Assembly (NCBI RefSeq): GCF_000148385.1
Contig: NC_014537.1
Location: 1,410,001-1,442,000, forward strand
Source: Vulcanisaeta distributa DSM 14429
GTDB lineage: Archaea > Thermoproteota > Thermoprotei > Thermoproteales > Thermocladiaceae
Direction: 5' to 3'
DNA length: 32,000 nt
Under the pieces are notes generated by a model. It did not search any database. It worked only from the letters and a program-made list of their open reading frames with translations, and was not told the origin of the DNA. This document shows, in pieces, positions 24,849 through 32,000 of the stretch. Within the stretch, counting starts at the first letter, position 1. Each line of letters begins with the position of its first letter. Position numbers and translations under genes: made by a program.

Positions 24849-25847
24849 ATGATAACGAGAACAGTAACGGGCCTAATACAATCAATAAACATGATATTGC
24901 TCACGCTAGCCATGGTGATACTTGGGCTGGGGATATTCAACATAAACTTCCTACTAAATCCGCCAAGGCAGTTAACGATAACTGAAATACTAATAGTATC
25001 CCTATTCCTAGGGATGCTCCATGGAATAACGCCTGACGAGCACACATGGCCGATAACCTTCAGTTATGCAGTTGGTGAGTACAGCACAAAGGGAGGCATG
25101 AAGGCAGGTTTCCTATTTTCCCTCGGCTTCACAATACAGAGGGCATTCCTAACAACACTGGGTTACATAGGGCTCGCCTACTTCTACATGAAGTATAACC
25201 TAGATGGTCCAGTTTATTTTGTGGTTGGGCTGGTTATGGCGATAGCCGGCTCATACATATTAAGGGGTAAGTACATACACTTACCGATTGACGTATTACT
25301 TGGCGGTCATCAACACCACACAAATGAGGCCAAGAGAGTACCACTTCATGAAGCTCATCCAAGGGAAGTTCCCATAAAGATGACTATCGTGCACGGGCTA
25401 ATAGCTGGGTTCGGATTTGGCGCATACGCATCAGTAATAACGTTTGTACTGGCTCCACAAATGCCTAGCATTTGGTATGCACCATTGCCCGGCCTGATGT
25501 TTGGGATTGGTACCATGATAATGCAGGTAATACTCGGTGCAATCTTTGGTGGGTTATTAAGGGCTAGGAAATTCACTGAGGAGGAGGTTAAGTACGTCGG
25601 TAGGAAGACCGCCGGAATAACGCTTTATTACGGGGGTATCGTGTTTGCATTAGTCGGCCTATTAATAATCTTCCTGCCTCAAATAGATTCCTGGGCGATA
25701 AGCACGGGAATACCAATACCAAACCTGGACGCGATAGACATAGGCTTTCTACTTGTGATTTCCGTGGTCGGCATAATAGGGCTATACGGCATAATTAAGT
25801 CATATAGGGAGGCCGTTAAAATACATAAGTTAAATTCTTCTACATGA
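24849..25847 (+). CDS. polytopic membrane protein, NicO/RcnA-like putative Ni/Co-type metal transporter
   Basis: About eight hydrophobic helices. It has an HGITPDEH motif at the end of a helix and a His-rich loop GGHQHHTNEAKRVPLHEAH. It is divergently paired with the CDF gene. Confidence 0.45.
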   Translation: MITRTVTGLIQSINMILLTLAMVILGLGIFNINFLLNPPRQLTITEILIVSLFLGMLHGITPDEHTWPITFSYAVGEYSTKGGMKAGFLFSLGFTIQRAFLTTLGYIGLAYFYMKYNLDGPVYFVVGLVMAIAGSYILRGKYIHLPIDVLLGGHQHHTNEAKRVPLHEAHPREVPIKMTIVHGLIAGFGFGAYASVITFVLAPQMPSIWYAPLPGLMFGIGTMIMQVILGAIFGGLLRARKFTEEEVKYVGRKTAGITLYYGGIVFALVGLLIIFLPQIDSWAISTGIPIPNLDAIDIGFLLVISVVGIIGLYGIIKSYREAVKIHKLNSST

Positions 25848-25889
25848 ACAGGTAAATTAATTTATTGTTTTAAGCCCTGAATAAGTCGA

Positions 25890-26453
25890 CTAGGACTTTG
25901 ACTCAGTCTTAATTAGCGTTAGGGCCTGAACAACCCTCTTCACGAGTTCTAGATCCGCCTTAACCCTGCTGTACACATCATCAGGTATTTCACCCCTAGC
26001 TTTACTATCCTCAAGCTCCTTTATCATGCCATCGACTTGATCCGTGGTTAATGACGTTACATCCATGGACCTAAACCAATGTTCCTTAATACCCTTATCA
26101 ACCTCATCAATCTTTGACTTGGCCTCATCGTACATGTTTGTTAGCTTCGTTAGAGTATCCGTCAACTCGGCCGAGGACTTGGAGTACTCATCATCATCTA
26201 TTAGACCAAGCTCCTTCTTAACCTTAAGCATGTCAAGCTCCTCACGTATCGAATCAATACTAGCCTTGAGCTCATTAATCCTAAGCGCCAGGAGTATGTT
26301 ATCGACGTCCCAATTCCTCTTAACATTACTAACCGCTGTCTTATAATCAGACCACATGTTGTTTAGTCGTTTTATTTGTTCAGTATAGTTATCATACGTC
26401 TTATTAATCTGCTTTAGTAACTCCTCGTATATTTTCAGCATCTCCTCACTCAT
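25890..26453 (-). CDS. coiled-coil protein with two SHOCT-like motifs (paralog of the C-terminal part of 26450-27238)
   Basis: Heptad-rich sequence. It is collinear with the upstream gene product (WSDYKTAVSNVKRNWDVD vs WKDYENSVQSTRQNWEVE; LGLIDDDEYSK vs MGLISDDTYNK; ARGEIPDDVYSRVKADLE vs RDGKISKEVYEKLKAEIE). There is an ATGA start/stop overlap. Confidence 0.65.
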   Translation of the reverse strand: MSEEMLKIYEELLKQINKTYDNYTEQIKRLNNMWSDYKTAVSNVKRNWDVDNILLALRINELKASIDSIREELDMLKVKKELGLIDDDEYSKSSAELTDTLTKLTNMYDEAKSKIDEVDKGIKEHWFRSMDVTSLTTDQVDGMIKELEDSKARGEIPDDVYSRVKADLELVKRVVQALTLIKTESKS

Positions 26454-27238
26454 GATATCACCCTCTCAATCTCAGCCTTTAACTTCTCATAAACCTCCTT
26501 ACTAATCTTACCATCCCTGTACATCTCCTCAAGCTTTGCCAGCGATAGCTTAAGCTTGCTAATTTCCGGCGTTACTGTGGTCATCAGTAGTCTCTTATAA
26601 TGCTGGTTAATTGTTGATTCAACCTCCTGGTATCTGGCATTCAATTCTTTAAGCTTATCACCGATCTTATCAAGCTTCTTCTGAATACTATCCTTAAGCT
26701 TATTATATGTGTCGTCACTAATGAGTCCCATACTCCTCCTAAGCTCAACCTCCTTAAGATCTTCACTATACTTATTACGAATCCTCTCAAGAATGACCAT
26801 ATACCTCCTCAACTTAGCCTTCTCAACCTCCCAATTCTGTCTTGTTGACTGTACGGAATTCTCATAATCCTTCCACTTATCATTAAGTGTCTTAGCATTA
26901 CCCTCAAACCTAGATATTATAGATTCACTACTCCTAATCAACTCATCCTCGGCATCGCCAGCAGCCTCAACACGTACGGCAGTTGTAGCAACTGGTGCTG
27001 CAATAACCACCTGCTGAGGTTGTTGCTGGGCCTGCTGTTGTAATGGTTGAACCGTCTGCGAGGGCTTAGTCTCAGCCTTTACCTGGGCGCCTCTAGTTTT
27101 CATGTACTGGACATATATTGGGCATTCGAAATAATCACCAAAGCAGTACCATTGGAATGGGTTAATAGGTCTCTGTGCGTATGTACACACGTAACCACTT
27201 GCTGTCCTTTCAAGTCCTGGACAAACAGCCCTAGACAT
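26450..27238 (-). CDS. Cys4 N-terminal module + Q-rich linker + coiled-coil/SHOCT-like protein
   Basis: The N-terminus is CPGLERTASGYVCTYAQRPINPFQWYCFGDYFECPIY (C6, C18, C32, C39). A Q/P/A-rich linker spans aa 55-95. The C-terminal 165 aa are coiled coil and paralogous to the downstream gene. Confidence 0.65.
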   Translation of the reverse strand: MSRAVCPGLERTASGYVCTYAQRPINPFQWYCFGDYFECPIYVQYMKTRGAQVKAETKPSQTVQPLQQQAQQQPQQVVIAAPVATTAVRVEAAGDAEDELIRSSESIISRFEGNAKTLNDKWKDYENSVQSTRQNWEVEKAKLRRYMVILERIRNKYSEDLKEVELRRSMGLISDDTYNKLKDSIQKKLDKIGDKLKELNARYQEVESTINQHYKRLLMTTVTPEISKLKLSLAKLEEMYRDGKISKEVYEKLKAEIERVIS

Positions 27239-27302
27239 TATTAATAATCCCTGTATTTTAATTGTTTATATATGTTGCGTTGAATGATTTATGAAGGAAT
27301 GG

Positions 27303-27983
27303 TCATGTTACTAATGAATTAAGATAGTCCTGAGGCACGCCGAGGTCTACGTAATTACCGTCAGTTAGGAAAACCATAATCCTCATACCACTCTGCCGTA
27401 AATACTCAACGTACTTATTCATATCAAGCCGTTCCTTACTCAGCCTCTTAATTAATGAGCCCTTCATTATGTATATGCCGGTGACTATCGGTAAGGTAAT
27501 CGTAGGCTTCTCAAGCCAACCCCTGAATTCACCACTTGGGCTGACATCAAGCACGCCATATCTAGCGGTTAATCTGTATCTAATCGAGATTATGGTTACA
27601 TCAGCATTACTTGATCTATGATAATCAAGCGCCTTTGCTAAAGGCACATCGGTTAGTACATCACCGTTGATTATGATAACATCATCGTTATCATAAATAA
27701 AATCCCTCACATACCACAACTGCCCCGCAGTACCTAGTAATTGATCAGCAATAACGAACTTAACGCCAGATATTAAATTACCTAGTAATGAAATTACCTT
27801 ATCAGCCATATACGCAGTCACTATAATGACATCATCGTATTTAAAGCCCTGTGATTTAACCCAATTCAATATATATTCAATTATTAAACCATCACGAAGT
27901 GGAAGGTAGGGCTTAGGAACCAGGTAAGTAAGTGGTCTAAGTCTTTCGCCAAGCCCTGCCGTTAGAATCACTACCTTAATCAT
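27303..27983 (-). CDS. sugar-phosphate nucleotidyltransferase (NTP_transferase fold, short form)
   Basis: KVVILTAGLGERLRPLTYLVPKPYLPL is the G-x-G-x-R-L signature. Also GTAGQL and IINGDVL. Confidence 0.85.
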   Translation of the reverse strand: MIKVVILTAGLGERLRPLTYLVPKPYLPLRDGLIIEYILNWVKSQGFKYDDVIIVTAYMADKVISLLGNLISGVKFVIADQLLGTAGQLWYVRDFIYDNDDVIIINGDVLTDVPLAKALDYHRSSNADVTIISIRYRLTARYGVLDVSPSGEFRGWLEKPTITLPIVTGIYIMKGSLIKRLSKERLDMNKYVEYLRQSGMRIMVFLTDGNYVDLGVPQDYLNSLVT

Positions 27984-27990
27984 TCACGGT

Positions 27991-28335
27991 CTACATGTAA
28001 TCCTTAAATCCAAGCTTCTTCAAATGCCTATTGATTACTGAGGCCTGCTTATCAAGCTTCTTTGCCTCCTCAACTATATCCCTCTCCTTAGTCTCCATGT
28101 TCCTTAGGTCGAGAAGGCATCTACCATCAGGGGCCATTACATGAGCCTCACAGACAGCGTACTGACACTTATAGCCAATGCAGGGCCCACCAAACAAGGT
28201 GCACTGGGTGATCGTTCTATTACCCTGCCTTACGATCTTCAGTGCTTTCTTGGCGCACCTGAAGTATTGGAAATTGCACCAGGTACCGTCGCAATACTTA
28301 GCCTTAACCTGTACGTTGACATTAACCTTAGACAC
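27991..28335 (-). CDS. small 8-cysteine protein with basic helical tail, unknown function
   Basis: The Cys pattern is C15-x4-C-x6-C-x17-C-x6-C-x4-C-x4-C-x10-C73, followed by a charged helix (RNMETKERDIVEEAKKLDKQASVINRHLKKLG). It ends 7 nt upstream of the nucleotidyltransferase gene. Confidence 0.6.
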   Translation of the reverse strand: MSKVNVNVQVKAKYCDGTWCNFQYFRCAKKALKIVRQGNRTITQCTLFGGPCIGYKCQYAVCEAHVMAPDGRCLLDLRNMETKERDIVEEAKKLDKQASVINRHLKKLGFKDYM

Positions 28336-28403
28336 GGTAATCCCCTAACTCCTATACACAGTGTAGTCACTACATATATAAGTTTTTTCCATTACTAAAT
28401 AAC

Positions 28404-29369
28404 TTAGGAATAACCAAGCCTACTCAGTATTTCATTGGCTAACTTGGCGTAACCAAGGGATTCAAGGAAATCAATTACCTCATTCAACTTAGGCGATGAT
28501 CTAGCGCCCCTTCTGGTGACCTTGAGCGATGCCGTTGCATTAGCAAAAATGAGCTTATCTATTGGGTCAAGGTCCAGTACGGATGCGACTACGTAAGCCG
28601 CGGCAAAGGTATCACCAGCACCTGTGGTATCCACAGGTGGAACCTTAAACGCATCGGAGTACTTAACCTCACCATCCCTAAGAAGTAATGCTCCACGTGG
28701 ACCAAGCGTAACTATCAACTCCCTAACCCTAACCCTACTCGCTATGTTCTCGGCGGCCCTAACAACATTCTCTGAGTGGCCTAGTTCCTTTGCCTCAAAG
28801 CTGTTCATGAACCAAATATCAACGTCATTCATAACATCCCTAATAACGTCAAGTCCCTTCCTAGCCAATGGCGTACCACCATCAACCGAGATTGTTAGTC
28901 CCATGGACTTTGCGATACGTTTTGCCGTCTCGATAATCTCGGTCCTACCGAGGGCCACGTGGACGTGCGAGATGCCATTCATGACATCACTGGTAATGTC
29001 ATTGGGTGTTAATCCAAGGTTAGCCCCTGGATACCTAATCATTCGCTTGGAGCCATCGAGACCCACAATCACTATCACCGTACCTGTCTTTTCATGGCTA
29101 ATGCGCTTTATGAACCTAGTATCAACACCCTCTGACTCAAGTTCCTTAATTAGCATATCACCGAATTGGTCATTACCCACAGACCCAAGGAACCTAGAGC
29201 CAAGCCCAAGCCTGGCAACCGCCACGGAGAAATTAGCCGCGGAGCCCCCACCGCCCATGTATGTCTCATACGCATCAATTGATTCATCAGGCCTTGGTAT
29301 TGTGTCGGTCTTAACGTAAATATCTAAGTTCAGGTTACCCATTGACAGTACTACCGCTTGTTTCTTCAC
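28404..29369 (-). CDS. PfkB-family carbohydrate kinase (ribokinase-like)
   Basis: GGGGSAANFSVAVARLG is PfkB signature 1 and VDTTGAGDTFAAAYV is signature 2. GTG start. Confidence 0.85.
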   Translation of the reverse strand: MKKQAVVLSMGNLNLDIYVKTDTIPRPDESIDAYETYMGGGGSAANFSVAVARLGLGSRFLGSVGNDQFGDMLIKELESEGVDTRFIKRISHEKTGTVIVIVGLDGSKRMIRYPGANLGLTPNDITSDVMNGISHVHVALGRTEIIETAKRIAKSMGLTISVDGGTPLARKGLDVIRDVMNDVDIWFMNSFEAKELGHSENVVRAAENIASRVRVRELIVTLGPRGALLLRDGEVKYSDAFKVPPVDTTGAGDTFAAAYVVASVLDLDPIDKLIFANATASLKVTRRGARSSPKLNEVIDFLESLGYAKLANEILSRLGYS

Positions 29370-29406
29370 GCGTAGCTTTATTAACTGGGCTTATTAATTC
29401 TTAACC

Positions 29407-29949
29407 GTGGATAATGCGGTAGATGTAAAGAGGTTGCTTGAGCTTAGGGATAGGCTGGACAGTAGGATTAAGGAGCTTCAGGAGGAGCTTGATCTATTGA
29501 ATGAGGTTAAGAGTGTCATTGATAGTATAATTAAGTCGCAGTCTATAGTTCCGGCTACGGAATTGATAAGCAAACCACAGGACCTGGGCAGGCTGGTTGA
29601 GACTAGGGAGATTAGGTCAAGGGTTGGTAACGAGTTGCTGGGTACAGTTGAGATTTACGAGAATGGGATGAGTATTAAGCCGATAAAGCCCTTCAATAAG
29701 GATAACACGGCATTCAGGAGGTTCTTCAGGGATAAGATACTTGAGGGCTTTAAGCAGGAGGATGACAAGTTGGTTAAGGACGGTCAATTAAGGCGTGAGG
29801 AGGCCTTCAGTTATGAGGTTAGGCTTGATGGTGATAATGTAGTCGGTATAGTCATTAAGAATTATAGGAGTGATGAGAGGCTTAGGGAAATAATTAGGGC
29901 GGCAAGGTGGATGCTAGAAAGGGTCCTGAAGGAGGAGGGTGGTGAGTAA
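29407..29949 (+). CDS. hypothetical protein with N-terminal coiled coil
   Basis: 180-aa ORF with a GTG start. The N-terminus LLELRDRLDSRIKELQEELDLLNEV is heptad-like. No family recognised. Confidence 0.55.
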   Translation: MDNAVDVKRLLELRDRLDSRIKELQEELDLLNEVKSVIDSIIKSQSIVPATELISKPQDLGRLVETREIRSRVGNELLGTVEIYENGMSIKPIKPFNKDNTAFRRFFRDKILEGFKQEDDKLVKDGQLRREEAFSYEVRLDGDNVVGIVIKNYRSDERLREIIRAARWMLERVLKEEGGE

Positions 29950-29953
29950 ACGG

Positions 29954-31789
29954 TTATGGGTTAGCGCCCTCCTCAATCTTTACCTTCTTCTGCTCCTTAT
30001 ACATCTCGAGTATCTCATCAACCGTTGTGGCCTGCTCAGGCGATTTATCGGTCCTGTAACGTCCAGTGAACCTTGGGAACCTAATGGCTAGTCCAACGCC
30101 AGGTCTAATAGCGCCCATACAACAGGTGTGGAGTGGGCTTAGGGTTATTTCCGCGCCAATTATTTCAAGGACCACGGCTGGTACAAACCACACGTCAGGC
30201 TCCATCTTGGAGACAACCCTTGGATGCTTATGCGGTATCCTATATGGATCAAGCATCTGCTTTAGCTTCACGAGATCCTCATCAGTAAATCCACTACCAA
30301 CCTTACTCACAGTGTAGAACTGGTCCGTCTTAGGATCATAGGCAGCAATGAGTAGTGCGCCGTACGTGCCCGCCCTCTTACCACGACCCCAGAAGGCACC
30401 AACGACCACCAGGTCAAGTGTATCCGTTAACTCACTCCTATAATCACGCTTATACTTAATCCAGAGCCAACCCCTGGCCCCCATTTCATATATCGAGTCA
30501 GCCTTAATGGACTTGCACATGACCCCCTCACAACCATCGCTTATTGCCTCATGGAAGAATTTATCAAGCTCCTCTGCATCATTTATTATCCTCCACGTTG
30601 CCAAGTGAACATACTCACTGGGCTTAAGAACCTCTAACAACTTCCTCTTCCTATCAATGAGCGGCAGGTTTGTTAAGTCCTGGCCATCAATATACATGAT
30701 ATCAAACAGGAATATGTTAACCGGATATTCCTTCATCGCCTCCTTAATATCATGCTTCCTCTTCCTATGCATCAACTCCTGGAAGGGCCTAAACTCGCCC
30801 GTGTCCGGGTCAATGGCTACTATCTCACCCTCCACTATGTACTCCTTGGCATCAATGGCCTCCTTAACATACTCAGCAACGTCCGGGTAGGCATGCGTTA
30901 TATTCTCAAGCCTCCTGCTGAAAATCCTAATCTCCCCATCCCTCGTCTTATGTATTTGGGCCCTCTCCCCATCATACTTATACTCAACCATAGCAACACC
31001 CCCCAATTTGGCCAGAATCTCCGTAGATGTACTCAACCTTTCAGCGAGCATTGGTTGTATTGGTACGCCAGGTGTCACGTGGATCTTAGCTAGGGCGTTC
31101 TGACCCTCCTGAGCGACCATCTTAGCTATATAACCAAGGTCTGGGTAAATGTGATAGGCCCTCTCAAGGGCCTCCCTGGGCACCTTATACGCATCCGACA
31201 AAGCATCGAGAATCGTCATGTCAGCGACGCCAAGCCTCAACCTACCGATCACAAACCTGGCAATGTACTTAGCCTCCTCAGGCTTAGCCCTTGAGAATAA
31301 GTACGTGAGGAGTTTAACCTTCGTATCCTGGGCACCCTCACCACTCGCCCTGGCTATCGACATCAACGTATCATAAACCTTACCCATTGTCAACTCCTCG
31401 CCACCCCCACCACCAAAGAACTCAAGTATTGACTTACCACCACCCTGCTGCGGCTTACTACTCATTATCCTCCTGGCGGTCTCACCAACATCCCCAAGCC
31501 TCTTATAGAGGTCCTCAATCTGCTTAATGGGCGCTCCAGTGGCGTTGGCGATAGCCCTGAAGGTGAGCTTCTCAGCAACACCGAGTTCTACGCCCTCCCA
31601 GTCAGGCCTTAATTGACCGAGTATGAAGTAAATTACCTTATCAATAACGTTAGGTGGGGTCTTCTTAAGGAGTGATGAGAGTAGCTTAGCCATGACAGTC
31701 CTCTGGGTAGTTGCCTCAATACTCTCAAGCGCCTTCACCACATCGATGAACTTAATGTCATTACTGCCTGTGGACATCAACTTACACAC
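29954..31789 (-). CDS. lig: ATP-dependent DNA ligase
   Basis: Adenylation motif [13 protein letters not shown] (KxDG), plus EGEIVA, FLFDIMY, CEGVMCK and LWIKYKRDY motifs. Size is about 600 aa. The likely start is ATG 31777. Confidence 0.95.
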   Translation of the reverse strand: MCKLMSTGSNDIKFIDVVKALESIEATTQRTVMAKLLSSLLKKTPPNVIDKVIYFILGQLRPDWEGVELGVAEKLTFRAIANATGAPIKQIEDLYKRLGDVGETARRIMSSKPQQGGGKSILEFFGGGGGEELTMGKVYDTLMSIARASGEGAQDTKVKLLTYLFSRAKPEEAKYIARFVIGRLRLGVADMTILDALSDAYKVPREALERAYHIYPDLGYIAKMVAQEGQNALAKIHVTPGVPIQPMLAERLSTSTEILAKLGGVAMVEYKYDGERAQIHKTRDGEIRIFSRRLENITHAYPDVAEYVKEAIDAKEYIVEGEIVAIDPDTGEFRPFQELMHRKRKHDIKEAMKEYPVNIFLFDIMYIDGQDLTNLPLIDRKRKLLEVLKPSEYVHLATWRIINDAEELDKFFHEAISDGCEGVMCKSIKADSIYEMGARGWLWIKYKRDYRSELTDTLDLVVVGAFWGRGKRAGTYGALLIAAYDPKTDQFYTVSKVGSGFTDEDLVKLKQMLDPYRIPHKHPRVVSKMEPDVWFVPAVVLEIIGAEITLSPLHTCCMGAIRPGVGLAIRFPRFTGRYRTDKSPEQATTVDEILEMYKEQKKVKIEEGANP

Positions 31790-31891
31790 TCTATAAGAGA
31801 TTAATTAAACCACCGCTCCGTAATACCCTAAGAATAAGGTTGGTTAGATAGGGCATTAAAGCTTTAATAGATTATCGTTAAACCTTAGTAA

Positions 31892-32000
31892 ATGCCATTA
31901 GACCCGGACTCAGTATTAAACGATGTATTAAATATAGTGAAAACGCATAATAAATGGCGTAGGTTAGAGACGATAAACCTCATACCTAGCGAGAATGTGA
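31892..32000 (+). CDS. glyA: serine hydroxymethyltransferase, N-terminal fragment (3' end outside window)
   Basis: ATG at 31892. The translation [36 protein letters not shown] contains the SHMT N-terminal signature (WR...INLIPSEN). It is absent from the ORF track because it runs off the window. Confidence 0.8.
   Translation, partial: MPLDPDSVLNDVLNIVKTHNKWRRLETINLIPSENV

Noticed and set aside
27011-27058. CTG/TTG-rich repetitive DNA that looks like a short tandem repeat
   Set aside because: It is the coding sequence of the Q-rich linker (QPLQQQAQQQPQQ) of the 262-aa protein. It is low-complexity coding sequence, not a repeat element.
28624-29319. 231-aa ORF antisense to the PfkB kinase gene
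   Set aside because: The opposite strand encodes a protein with both intact PfkB signatures. The antisense product is S/P/T/L-rich and low-complexity, typical of shadow ORFs.
1-32000. Search by eye for CRISPR arrays, IS elements or transposases, integrases, rRNA genes and toxin-antitoxin pairs
   Set aside because: I found no regularly spaced repeats, no terminal inverted repeats bracketing a transposase-like ORF, no integrase or recombinase motifs and no rRNA-like sequence. Eye-scanning cannot exclude short or degenerate elements.

Overview
The window reads as a densely packed chromosomal segment of a hyperthermophilic crenarchaeon. Thermoproteales-like is an inference from several traits. 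These are an intron-containing tRNA with a canonical bulge-helix-bulge motif, many GTG/TTG starts, and TATA-like boxes about 25-30 nt upstream of start codons (leaderless mRNAs). Archaeal-type PPAT, geranylgeranyl reductase and an ATP-dependent DNA ligase fit the same picture. I support about 38 protein genes, one tRNA-Leu(CAG), one strong and one weak C/D-box sRNA candidate, and one GC-rich structured element of unknown class. I saw no CRISPR array, rRNA, transposase or integrase. Recognisable blocks, in order: (1) acyl-CoA dehydrogenase fragment, small membrane proteins, M28 peptidase, PPAT, AbrB-PhoU regulator, METTL5-like methyltransferase. (2) A strongly AT-rich island around tRNA-Leu carrying an orphan LAGLIDADG-like protein. 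(3) A coherent glycerol/glycerophosphodiester catabolic cluster: glpK, PHS-type MFS, GDPD, FAD-G3PDH, CoxG-like partner, lysophospholipase. (4) Oxidoreductase and flavin reductase, an orphan P-loop ATPase with a 312-aa unknown, a PPP phosphatase and a TRAM protein. (5) Geranylgeranyl reductase and a processive GT2 synthase. (6) A divergent metal-transport pair: a CDF with three tandem cytoplasmic domains and a NicO/RcnA-like protein. (7) A minus-strand cluster of PfkB kinase, 8-Cys small protein, sugar-phosphate nucleotidyltransferase and two paralogous coiled-coil proteins with SHOCT-like motifs, one with an N-terminal Cys4 module. (8) DNA ligase and the start of glyA. The best candidates for something undescribed are the Cys-rich/coiled-coil cluster (25890-28335), the triple-CTD CDF, the LAGLIDADG-like orphan in the tRNA island, the ATPase plus orphan pair, and the unannotated small RNAs. 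All functional calls come from motif recognition by eye; no database search was possible.
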